A DNA stretch of 64,000 nt from Thermoanaerobaculia bacterium (GTDB taxonomy: Bacteria > Acidobacteriota > Thermoanaerobaculia > Multivoradales > Multivoraceae), in NCBI GenBank assembly GCA_963666565.1, contig OY762911.1:96001-160000 (forward strand). Direction: 5' to 3'. The notes beneath the pieces were generated by a model that saw only the letters and a list, made by a program, of their open reading frames with translations, was not told the origin of the DNA and did not search any database. Positions 37,956 through 46,910 of the stretch are shown piece after piece. The translations under genes and the position numbers were made by a program. The stretch's first letter is position 1. Each line of letters opens with the position of its first letter.

Positions 37956-39596
37956 CTACTCCTCCAGCCAGATCGTCGCGAAGTTCATCTTGCCGTCCCA
38001 GCCCATCAACTGGTCGAGGTTGCGCACTCGCCCGGGGGCCGCCGCGAAGGTCACGCCGTAGAGCAGCGGCGTGAACCAGGCCTCGCCGAGCACCGTCCGG
38101 TTGAGCTCGACGTAGACCCGCTTGCGGGCCTCGTTGTCGTAAAGCGAGGCGCCCAGCTCGACCAGTTCGTCGACCTCGGGCCGCAACACGTTGCCCGGGT
38201 TGTAGTAGCCGTCGCTCTTGTAGGCCAGCGAGGCCATCCAGTCCGGCTCGGGATAGCGGCTCCACGACGTAACGAACATCGGGTACTCCTGGCCATGGTT
38301 GAACCGCTCGGTCGCCGGTCCGCTCGAGAGCACGTCGATGTTCATCCGGATGCCGATCTTCTTCAGCATCGCCCGCACCACCTCGGCGCTCGACACGAGC
38401 AGCGGGTTGTGGTGGGTGACCGCCGTGAACTCCAGGCCGCTCTCGCGGCCGGCCTTCGCCAGGTAGCGGCGCGCCTTGTCGATGTCGTAGTACGGGCGCT
38501 CCTCGTCCGGCTCGTGGACCCAGGAACCCACCGGCCACATCCCCGCGTCGGCCTCGATAGCCCGGCCGAAGAAGATCGCCCGGTTGATCACGGCCGGATC
38601 GACGGCGTGCGCGATCGCAAGCCGAACGTTCACGTCGTCGAGCGGCGGCTTGTTCACGTTGAACACCAGCGTCAGCGCGATGGCGCCGCCCGGCATCGTC
38701 TCGATCCGGAAGCGCTCGTCCCGCTCGAAGGTCGAGATGTCCTTGTAGGGAAGGTAGGTGACGTCGATCTCGCCGGTGCGCAGGGCGGCGGCGCGGACGG
38801 TCTCGTCGCGGATCACCCGGACCGTGACCTCGTCGAGATACGGCAGTTGGTTGCCGTGCTCGTCGCGGCCCCAGTAGTCCTCGTTCCGCACGAAGTGCAC
38901 GAGGGTGCCGGTGATCACCTCCTTCACGCGGAACGGCCCGGTTCCCGACGGGTTCCAGCCGTAGTCGGCGCCGAGCGCCTCGATCGCGGCCGGCGAACTC
39001 ATCACGCCGCCCCGGTCGGCCAGCATGCCGAAACCCGCGCCCCACGGGCCGGCCAGATCGAAGCGCACGGTGTACTCGTCGATCGCCTCGACCCCCTCGA
39101 TCACCGCCAGCGACGCGCGCGGCGTGGCGACGGTCGCGGGATCCAGAATCCGCTCGACGTTGGCCTTCACCGCCTGGGCATTGAACGGGGTGCCATCGTG
39201 GAAGACGACGCCCTCCCGCAGGTGAAACGTGATCGAGTCGGGATCCGTCGCGATCTCCCAGGAGGTCGCGAGCGAGGTCTCCGGCCGCGGATTCAGTTGC
39301 TGGTCCGCGTCGACCAGTTGATCGAAGATCTGCCGCCAGAAGTAGGCGTCGGCGCCCGACCGGCCGAGGATCGCGTCGAGCGACGTGGGCTCCAGGGAAT
39401 GACCCACCCGGAGGTGGCCGCCGTAGCGCGGGCCACCGACGGCGGGAGATCGTGGCGCCAGGGTGCCGGTCTCCAGCCGGTCGGCACGGCTCTCCGGCGC
39501 GCAGCCGAGCACCCAAGCGAGAAGCGCCGGGAGCAGCAGGACCGACCCGGATACGATCGCCTCGAAGGGCGACGATGGCGAAGGACCGACGGACAT
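37956..39596 (-). CDS. Family 5 ABC substrate-binding lipoprotein, DppA-like
   Basis: VLGC lipobox, LREGV.FHDGTPFNA.AVK, GTGPF, PYLD. Confidence 0.92.
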   Translation of the reverse strand: MSVGPSPSSPFEAIVSGSVLLLPALLAWVLGCAPESRADRLETGTLAPRSPAVGGPRYGGHLRVGHSLEPTSLDAILGRSGADAYFWRQIFDQLVDADQQLNPRPETSLATSWEIATDPDSITFHLREGVVFHDGTPFNAQAVKANVERILDPATVATPRASLAVIEGVEAIDEYTVRFDLAGPWGAGFGMLADRGGVMSSPAAIEALGADYGWNPSGTGPFRVKEVITGTLVHFVRNEDYWGRDEHGNQLPYLDEVTVRVIRDETVRAAALRTGEIDVTYLPYKDISTFERDERFRIETMPGGAIALTLVFNVNKPPLDDVNVRLAIAHAVDPAVINRAIFFGRAIEADAGMWPVGSWVHEPDEERPYYDIDKARRYLAKAGRESGLEFTAVTHHNPLLVSSAEVVRAMLKKIGIRMNIDVLSSGPATERFNHGQEYPMFVTSWSRYPEPDWMASLAYKSDGYYNPGNVLRPEVDELVELGASLYDNEARKRVYVELNRTVLGEAWFTPLLYGVTFAAAPGRVRNLDQLMGWDGKMNFATIWLEE

Positions 39597-39613
39597 CTGG
39601 GTCCCCCAACTCT

Positions 39614-39751
39614 ATGGGGAGCGCCGCGGAGGAGTTCGAGCGCAAGTTCGACGCCGGCGAGGACATCTCGAAGCACCTCGACCTGACGGAGACGCGACGG
39701 CCCCGCCGCTACTGCCGCCCCGCCAACGTCGATTCCTCGTCGAAGCGCTAA
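39614..39751 (+). pseudogene. Truncated BrnA/CopG-type antitoxin remnant
   Basis: AEEFERKFDAGEDISKHLDL...RRP......NVD, then the frame breaks; no toxin upstream. Confidence 0.6.
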
Positions 39752-39777
39752 CGCATGGTCAGGCGAATCGGCGCCGC

Positions 39778-41877
39778 ATGACGGCCCAGGCCGCACGGAC
39801 CGCCAAGCTCTCTCTCCGGGAAGGAGAGAAGGCGCTCGACCGGTCGGCGAGCGCGCTCGACACGGCTACCGACATCCCGTTTCGCGAAGTCCTCCGCATC
39901 TTCGGGCGGGCCCTCTCCTACATGCGCCTCTTCAAGGCGCGCGTCGCGGCCAAGTTCGGGTTCGTGACGGCCGAGATGGTCTTCCGGCTGCTCGTCGCGC
40001 CGTGGCCGGGCAAGGTCGTCGTCGACCACGTCATCCTCGGCATGCCCATCGTCGACGCGGCCGGCTTCCCTTCCTACCTGGCCCCATTCGTGCTGTTCCT
40101 GGCCGGCAAGGGACCGCTGGAGATCATGGCGTGGGTGCTCGTGCTCGGCGTGTTCATGGTGACCGTGTTCGGGTTCACGACGAGCCGCGGCACCGCCAGG
40201 TCGGCGAGCGGAGTGCCCACCGGCGCCTCCGCCGCGTCGTCGGGAGGCGTCACCCCCCTCCTGGCCCAGGGCCACGGCACGCTGGCCCAGGGGCACGACA
40301 CCGCCACCCGGACCGAGAACGAGGCGAACCGCGGCTCCGGCCTGATGGGGGGCATTCTCGGGCTCCTCGACTTCCGCGTCCATCTGCGCCTGACCCAGTC
40401 CCTGAACCACCTGCTCAGGACCCGGCTGGCCGGGCGGATCAGGCGCCTGCCGATGACCACCCTGGACGACCAGCGGATCGGCGACAGCGTCTACCGCGTC
40501 CTCTACGACACGTCGAGCGTCAGCCTCGTTCTCTACGAGGTGGGCCTCGAGTTCTACTCGCACGCCCTCGGCATCGGGATCAGCGCGACGATGATGTACG
40601 TGTACTTCGGCGACGCGCCCGAGGTCATCCTGCTGGCCGCCGCGTCTCTGCCGATCATGCTCGTCTTCGTCGTGCCCTTCGCGCGGGCGGCGCGCCGCAG
40701 GAGTCAGGCGAGCCGCGCTTCCGGCGCCGCCACGACGAGCAAGATCGAGGAGGGCATGAGCAACGTGCTCGCCATCCAGAGCCTCGGCGGCGCCGAGCGG
40801 GAGGGCCGGCGCTTCAGGAAGGCCAGCGAGGAGTCCTTCCGGCGCTTTCGCATCGAGTCGCTGCTCAGATTGACCTACCAGCAGTTCGGCAGCCTGGCGT
40901 TCCTGCTGGGCCAGGTCCTGTTCTTCGTCGTCATCGCAGGACGGGTGATCGACGGCACGTTCACCGCCGGCGACTACTTCGTCCTGAACTACTACTTCTT
41001 CGTCCTGAGCGCGACGTTTGCCGGAGCCGGCTTCATCTACCCGGTTCTGCAGAACAACATCGCCGGCCTGCGCCGGGTGTTCTTTCTGATGGACCTGCCG
41101 TCCGAGAAGACGCGCGAAGGCGTCGCCCTGCCCCGGATCAGCCGCGGCGTCGAGATGAAGGGCGTCGGACTGACCTATCCCGACGGGCGGCGGGCGCTGC
41201 GCAACATCGACCTGGAAGCGAGGATCGGCGAGATCGTCGCCTTGGTCGGCCCGACCGGCGCCGGCAAGACGAGCCTCGCCTTCATGGTGCCGGCCTTCGT
41301 CCAGCCCACGGAAGGCACGGTGACGATCGACGGCGTCGACCTGAAGGACGTTTCGGTGGACAGCCTGCGCCAGCAGGTCTCCTACGTCTTCCAGGAGACC
41401 CAACTGTTCTCCGACTCGATCATCGAGAACATCCGCTACGGCAACCCGGAGGCGACCGAGGCGGAGGTCGAGCGCGTCGCGCGCATCGCCGGCGCGCACG
41501 ACTTCATCGCCGCCCTGCCCGACGGCTACCGGACCAGCCTCGGCACCGTGACCAGCAAGCTCTCGGTCGGCCAGAAGCAGCGCATCGCGATCGCCCGGGG
41601 ACTTCTCAGGGACGCGCGCATCCTGATCCTCGACGAGCCGACTTCCGCGCTCGACCCGGAAACCGAGGCCTACCTCGTCGATGCCCTGCACGAGGCGGCG
41701 AAAGACAAGCTGGTCGTCATCATCGCCCACCGCCTGTCGACGATCGCCCACGCGGACCGGATCTGCTTCCTGGAGGACGGTCAGATTCGGGAGCAGGGAA
41801 CCCACGAGGAACTGATGGCCGTGCCCGATGGGAGATACCGGAGGTACGCCGCCCTGCAGGCCGGAGCGCAAGGATGA
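39778..41877 (+). CDS. ABC exporter, fused TMD-NBD (paralogue A)
   Basis: Walker A GPTGAGKT, signature LSVGQKQ, ILDEPTSALD. Confidence 0.93.
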   Translation: MTAQAARTAKLSLREGEKALDRSASALDTATDIPFREVLRIFGRALSYMRLFKARVAAKFGFVTAEMVFRLLVAPWPGKVVVDHVILGMPIVDAAGFPSYLAPFVLFLAGKGPLEIMAWVLVLGVFMVTVFGFTTSRGTARSASGVPTGASAASSGGVTPLLAQGHGTLAQGHDTATRTENEANRGSGLMGGILGLLDFRVHLRLTQSLNHLLRTRLAGRIRRLPMTTLDDQRIGDSVYRVLYDTSSVSLVLYEVGLEFYSHALGIGISATMMYVYFGDAPEVILLAAASLPIMLVFVVPFARAARRRSQASRASGAATTSKIEEGMSNVLAIQSLGGAEREGRRFRKASEESFRRFRIESLLRLTYQQFGSLAFLLGQVLFFVVIAGRVIDGTFTAGDYFVLNYYFFVLSATFAGAGFIYPVLQNNIAGLRRVFFLMDLPSEKTREGVALPRISRGVEMKGVGLTYPDGRRALRNIDLEARIGEIVALVGPTGAGKTSLAFMVPAFVQPTEGTVTIDGVDLKDVSVDSLRQQVSYVFQETQLFSDSIIENIRYGNPEATEAEVERVARIAGAHDFIAALPDGYRTSLGTVTSKLSVGQKQRIAIARGLLRDARILILDEPTSALDPETEAYLVDALHEAAKDKLVVIIAHRLSTIAHADRICFLEDGQIREQGTHEELMAVPDGRYRRYAALQAGAQG

Positions 41878-43661
41878 CTGAACGCAAGACCGACACGTCG
41901 AGTGCGAGGGTCGTGGATGCCGTCCTGGCAGCGCTGCGTGCCTACGATGCGGCGACCAGGGCAGGGGACGTCAACGGGCAGGTCGAGTTCTTCGCCGACT
42001 CCTGGCGAAGCAGCTCCGGCACGACGAAGGCTGATCTGCGGGAGTATCTGCAGAAGCAGGTCGACAGACCGACCGATCGGGAGAAGCGCTTCGTCCTCGA
42101 TGACGCCGAAGTGGCTTTCGACGGAGACACTGCCACCATCGACCCGGTCGCGCTCCGTTCGCCGACCGGGGGCGGCTTCCTGGAGTTCAGGATGACCAGG
42201 GAGGCGAACGGCGCCTGGCGTTGCGTGTCCGTCGCCGGGTCCAGGAAGGCGGATCGACTCGCCGAGAACGCTCGCGAACTACGCGAACGCATCCTGAGTG
42301 ACCCGGCGCGGCCCGGCTACCACTTCGTCATGCCAGAAGGCGTGGCGATGCCGTTCGACCCGAACGGAGCCATCTACTGGAAGGGCCGCTACCATCTCTT
42401 CTACATCTTCCAGGACACGCGGCTGGGCGAGCGGTCGGATCACTGGGGCCACATGTCGAGCGCGGACCTGTTCCACTGGCGCCACCATCCGACGGGTCTG
42501 CTCGACGGCATGTACAGCGGCAACTGCTTCCTCAACAAGGAAGGTGTGCCGACGATCTGCTACCACCAACACGGCGAGGGCAACGCGATGGCGGTGGCGC
42601 TCGACGACGACCTGAACGACTGGAAGAAGCTCGACTCGAACCCGATCACGCCGCAAACCCGGGAGGGAGACGAGCACCACGGAAAGTACCGCTCGTGGGA
42701 CCCCTTCGGATGGCGTGAAGGCGAGACCTACTACGCGATCTTCGGCGGCAAACGCCCGGCCGTCGCCAAGTCGCCGGCACTCGACGGCGAGTGGAAGTAC
42801 GCTGGCGACCTGTTCGCCCACGGTGTCGAAGGTGTTTCGCTCAACGAGGACGTGTCCTGCCCCGATCTCTTCGAACTCGGCGGCAAGCACGTGCTCCTGT
42901 GCATCAGCCACCGGCTCGGCTGCCGCTACTACATTGGGGCATGGAGGGACGAACAGTTCCATCCTGAGACCCACGCCCGGATGAGCTGGGTCGACAACTC
43001 GTTCTTCGCTCCGGAGAGCCTGGTCGACGACCGGGGCCGCCGCATCATGTGGGCCTGGATCCTCGACGAGCCTCTGTTCGGAGCGCGAACGAAGCACGGC
43101 TGGTCCGGCACGTTGAGCCTGCCGCGGGTGCTGTCGCTCGGGGATGACGGGCTGCTCCGCATGGACGTGCCGGAGGAGATCGAAGCGCTCCGCTACGGCG
43201 AGGTGCGGATGGGGCCGCTCACGGTCGAATCCGGCAGGGAGGTCGCGCTGGAAGGCGTCGCCGGCAACAGCCTGGAACTGCAGGTAGAGATGGAAAGCGC
43301 CGAGGCTTCGCACTTCGGCGTCAAGGTCTGCGTGTCGCCCGATGGTCAGGAGGAGACCTCCATCTTGTACGACGCCGAGGAGAACCTGCTCAAAGTCGAT
43401 ACGCGCAGATCGGGTCCTGACGACACGCCGAAGGCCGTCGAAGCAGCTCCGTTCGAGTTGACGCCCGGCGAGCGACTCGAGCTGCGCGTCTTCGTAGACA
43501 AGTCCGTCGTCGAGATCTTCGCCAACCGCCGTCAGGCCATCGCGCGGCGCATCTATCCTTCTCGCCAGGACAGCGTCGGCGTCAGGGTTTTCTCCACTGG
43601 CGGCAACAGCCGCGTGCACTCCCTGAAGGCCTGGAAGATCACGCCTTCGAATCCCCACTAA
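41874..43661 (+). CDS. GH32-like beta-propeller protein with N-terminal NTF2/SnoaL-like domain
   Basis: FDPNG, YHLFY, HWGH..S.DL.HW, SG, WDP, SCPD, SLPR, VDKSVVEIF; ATGA overlap with ABC gene. Confidence 0.8.
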   Translation: MTERKTDTSSARVVDAVLAALRAYDAATRAGDVNGQVEFFADSWRSSSGTTKADLREYLQKQVDRPTDREKRFVLDDAEVAFDGDTATIDPVALRSPTGGGFLEFRMTREANGAWRCVSVAGSRKADRLAENARELRERILSDPARPGYHFVMPEGVAMPFDPNGAIYWKGRYHLFYIFQDTRLGERSDHWGHMSSADLFHWRHHPTGLLDGMYSGNCFLNKEGVPTICYHQHGEGNAMAVALDDDLNDWKKLDSNPITPQTREGDEHHGKYRSWDPFGWREGETYYAIFGGKRPAVAKSPALDGEWKYAGDLFAHGVEGVSLNEDVSCPDLFELGGKHVLLCISHRLGCRYYIGAWRDEQFHPETHARMSWVDNSFFAPESLVDDRGRRIMWAWILDEPLFGARTKHGWSGTLSLPRVLSLGDDGLLRMDVPEEIEALRYGEVRMGPLTVESGREVALEGVAGNSLELQVEMESAEASHFGVKVCVSPDGQEETSILYDAEENLLKVDTRRSGPDDTPKAVEAAPFELTPGERLELRVFVDKSVVEIFANRRQAIARRIYPSRQDSVGVRVFSTGGNSRVHSLKAWKITPSNPH

Positions 43662-43671
43662 GGACCATGTG

Positions 43672-43845
43672 ATGAAGCTCCACGACCCCGAACTCCGCAC
43701 GCTCGTCGAACAGCTCTCCCGGATCGAGGACAGGCTCGGAGCCGGAACGGGTCCTCAAGTCACGTCTCCGGAGACTGCGATCGTGGAGCTGCTCAGAGTC
43801 GTGCGGTCGCTGACCGAGCGTCTCGACGAACTGCGCCCGCGCTAA
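43672..43845 (+). CDS. Small 57-aa two-helix protein (below ORF-track cutoff)
   Basis: AAGGA RBS; MKLHDPELRTLVEQLSRIEDRLG...AIVELLRVVRSLTERLDELRPR. Confidence 0.45.
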   Translation: MKLHDPELRTLVEQLSRIEDRLGAGTGPQVTSPETAIVELLRVVRSLTERLDELRPR

Positions 43846-44845
43846 CGACATAGACGATGCCGCTTGCGTCACCGGCGACGACGGTCTGGCCGTCGAGCGA
43901 GACGGCGCAAGGGCGTACACGGTCGTTGCACTCGAAGGCGGCGAGCTGCTGCCCTGACTCGAGGTCCCACAAGCGCAAAGTCCGGTCCGGGGAGGTGGAG
44001 ACGGCGCGCCGGCCGCTCGGCGTCAGAATCACGGAGAAGACCGGTCCGGTGTGTCCCTCAAGTACGTGGCGGCCACGGCCCGTCTGGAGATTCCAGGCGC
44101 GGAGTGTTGTGTCGGCGGACGCGGAGACTGCTGTTGCGCCGTCCGGCGCCACTTCCACGCCATAAACCTCTGCCCTGTGTCCCGTGAGCGTGTGCAATGC
44201 GCGGCCCGAGTCGAGATTCCAGAAGCGCAGCGTCCGGTCGCCGGACGCGGAGATGGCTCGCCTGCCGTCCGGGGCGACGGCGACGGCGTGGACCGCGCCG
44301 GTGTGGCCTTCGAGGGTGCATAACTCCAGTCCGACCTCCAAGTCCCACACCCGGACTGTCTTGTCCCAGGAGACGGAAACGGCACGAGTGCCGTCGGCAG
44401 TCAGGGCGAAGGACTTGACGTCGTCCGTGTGCCCCTCCAACACATGCACTTCCCGGCCCGTCCGGGAATCCCACACCCGGAGCGTGGCGTCCGCTGACGA
44501 GGAGACGACGCGCTCGACGTTCTGCGTCAGCGCAACGGAGTAGACCTCGGCCGCATGCCCCTGGAGCACCTGGAGTGTCCGACCGGAAGCCAGATCCCAA
44601 ACGCGCAAGGTCGCGTCGAAGGAACCGGATACGGCTCGCTTGCCGTCCGGCGTTGCGGCGACACACCAGACGCCGGCGCCGTGGCCCTCGAGCGTGTGCA
44701 GGGCCCGCCCTGACTCGAGGTCCCAAACACGCAACGTCGCGTCCGCCGACGCGGAGACCACGCGCCGGCCGTCCGGCGTCACCGCGAGGGCCTCGACCCT
44801 CCCGGTGTGCCCCTCAAGCCTGTGAACCAGCCTGAAGCGACACAT
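43793..44845 (-). CDS. WD40 repeat protein (7 full 42-aa repeats plus degenerate cap)
   Basis: LEGH...V..VA.TPDG..AVS.S.D.TLR.WD repeats. Confidence 0.9.
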   Translation of the reverse strand: MCRFRLVHRLEGHTGRVEALAVTPDGRRVVSASADATLRVWDLESGRALHTLEGHGAGVWCVAATPDGKRAVSGSFDATLRVWDLASGRTLQVLQGHAAEVYSVALTQNVERVVSSSADATLRVWDSRTGREVHVLEGHTDDVKSFALTADGTRAVSVSWDKTVRVWDLEVGLELCTLEGHTGAVHAVAVAPDGRRAISASGDRTLRFWNLDSGRALHTLTGHRAEVYGVEVAPDGATAVSASADTTLRAWNLQTGRGRHVLEGHTGPVFSVILTPSGRRAVSTSPDRTLRLWDLESGQQLAAFECNDRVRPCAVSLDGQTVVAGDASGIVYVVSAGAVRRDARSATARL

Positions 44846-46910
44846 ACTCGCGGTACCGCCCATCCGGCATCGCCATCAGTTCCTCGTGCGTACCTGACTC
44901 CCGCACTTCGCCGTCCTCCAGAAAGCAGATCCGGTCGGCGTTGGCGATCGTCGACAGGCGGTGGGCGACGATGACGACCAGTTTGTCCTTCGCCGCCTCG
45001 TGCAGGGCGTCGACCAGGTACGCCTCGGTTTCGGGGTCGAGCGCCGAGGTCGGTTCGTCGAGGATCAGAATGCGGGCTTCCCGGAGGAGCCCCCGGGCGA
45101 TCGCGATGCGCTGCTTCTGCCCGACCGACAGCTTGCTGGTCACCGTGCCGAGGTTGGTCCGATAACCGTCCGGCAGGGCGGCGATGAAGTCGTGGGCGCC
45201 GGCGACCCGCGCGGCGCGCTCGACCTGCGCCTCGCTCGCCTCCGGGTTGCCGTAGCGGATGTTCTCGAGGATCGAGTCGGAGAAGAGCTGCGTCTCCTGG
45301 AAGACGTAGGACACCTGCTTCCTGAGGCTCTCGACCGCCACGTCCTTGAGATCGACGCCGTCGACCTTCACCGTGCCCTCGGTCGCCTGAACGAAGGCCG
45401 GCACCATGTAGGCGAGGCTCGTCTTGCCGGCGCCGGTCGGGCCGACGAAGGCGACGATCTCGCCGATCCTGGCCTCCAGGTCGACGTTGCGGAGCGCGCG
45501 GCGGCCGTCGGGATACTTCAGCCCCACGCCCCTCATCTCGACGCCGCGCTCGATCCTGGCCAGTTCGACGCCGTCTCGCGTCCTCTCGGCCGGCAGGTCC
45601 ATCAGGAAGAACACCCGCCTCATGCCCGCGATGTCGCGCTGCCATTCGGTGTACATGAACCCCCAGGCCCCGAACGTCGCGCTGAGGACGAAGAAGTAGT
45701 ACGTGAGGACGAAGTAGTCGCCGGCGGTGAACGTGCCGTCGATCACTCGCCCCGCCATCACGATGAAGAACAGGACCTGGCTCAGCAGCAGCGCCAGGCT
45801 AAAGGCCTGCCGGTACGTGAGCACGAGGAACCACTCCGTGCGGAAGCGCTTGAACGACTCGGCGCTCGCCCGCCGGAAGCGCCGGCCCTCCCGCTCGTTG
45901 CCGCCGAGGCTCTGGACGGCGAGCACGTTGCTCATCCCCTCCTCGATGTTGCTCGTCGTGCTCGAGCCGGAGGCGCGGCTGGCCTGACCCCGGCGCCGCG
46001 CCATGCGGGCGAAGGGGAGTTCGATGAGGAACACGATCGGAAGAGCCAGCATGCCCAGCAAGATGACCTCCGGCGCGGCGCCGAAGTACGTGAACATGAT
46101 GTAGAGCGTGACGACGACTCCGAGCAGGCCGGAGTAGAGCCCGAGCGCGATCCCGTGCAGCAGCGCGCTGACGCTGGTGGTGTCGTACAGGACGCGGAAG
46201 ACGCTGTCGCCGATCCGCAGGTCGTCGAGCGTCGTCATCGGCAGCGACCTGAGCTTGCCGGCCACTTCCGTGCGGAGGTAGTGGTTCATCGACTGCATGA
46301 GGCGCAGATGCAGCCGGAAGTCGAGGAATCCCAGGATGCCCGCCATCAGGCCGGAGCCGAGGTTCGCCTGGTTCTCCGTCTGCGTGGCGATGTCGTGGCC
46401 CTGGGCCAGCGTGCCGTGGCCCTGCGGCGAGAGGACCGTGGCGCCGCCGGACGAGCCCGCGGACGCCCCGGTCGGCGCACCGCTCGGCGACCTGCCCGCC
46501 CCCCGGCTCGTGGTGAACCCGAAGACCGTCACCATGAACACCCCGAGCAGGAACACCCAGAGCATCGTCTCCACCGGGCCCATGCCGTCCAGCAGCAGCA
46601 CCGCTGGCGCGAGATACGCAGGGAAGCCCGACGCGTCCCCGATCGGCGCGCCCAGGATGACGTGGTCGACGACGACCTTGCCCGGCCAGGGCGCGACCAG
46701 CAGCCGGAAGACCAACTCCACCGTGATGAAGCCGAGCTTCGTCGCGATGCGCGCCCTGAACAGCCGGAAGGTCGAGACGACCCGCCCGAAGATCCGCAGG
46801 ACCTCCCGGAACGGGATGTCCGTGCCCAGGTCGAGGACGCTGGCCGCGCGGTCGAGTCGCTTCTCGCGTTCCCGAAACGACTGTCGCGACGCCCCGGCCG
46901 CCTCGGCCAT
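44814..46910 (-). CDS. ABC exporter, fused TMD-NBD (paralogue B)
   Basis: Same motifs as, and closely similar along its length to, 39778-41877; TGATG overlap with upstream gene. Confidence 0.93.
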   Translation of the reverse strand: MAEAAGASRQSFREREKRLDRAASVLDLGTDIPFREVLRIFGRVVSTFRLFRARIATKLGFITVELVFRLLVAPWPGKVVVDHVILGAPIGDASGFPAYLAPAVLLLDGMGPVETMLWVFLLGVFMVTVFGFTTSRGAGRSPSGAPTGASAGSSGGATVLSPQGHGTLAQGHDIATQTENQANLGSGLMAGILGFLDFRLHLRLMQSMNHYLRTEVAGKLRSLPMTTLDDLRIGDSVFRVLYDTTSVSALLHGIALGLYSGLLGVVVTLYIMFTYFGAAPEVILLGMLALPIVFLIELPFARMARRRGQASRASGSSTTSNIEEGMSNVLAVQSLGGNEREGRRFRRASAESFKRFRTEWFLVLTYRQAFSLALLLSQVLFFIVMAGRVIDGTFTAGDYFVLTYYFFVLSATFGAWGFMYTEWQRDIAGMRRVFFLMDLPAERTRDGVELARIERGVEMRGVGLKYPDGRRALRNVDLEARIGEIVAFVGPTGAGKTSLAYMVPAFVQATEGTVKVDGVDLKDVAVESLRKQVSYVFQETQLFSDSILENIRYGNPEASEAQVERAARVAGAHDFIAALPDGYRTNLGTVTSKLSVGQKQRIAIARGLLREARILILDEPTSALDPETEAYLVDALHEAAKDKLVVIVAHRLSTIANADRICFLEDGEVRESGTHEELMAMPDGRYREYVSLQAGSQA

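Noticed and set aside
43793-44845. 126-bp DNA periodicity as a non-coding repeat array
   Set aside because: Fully explained by WD40 protein repeats.
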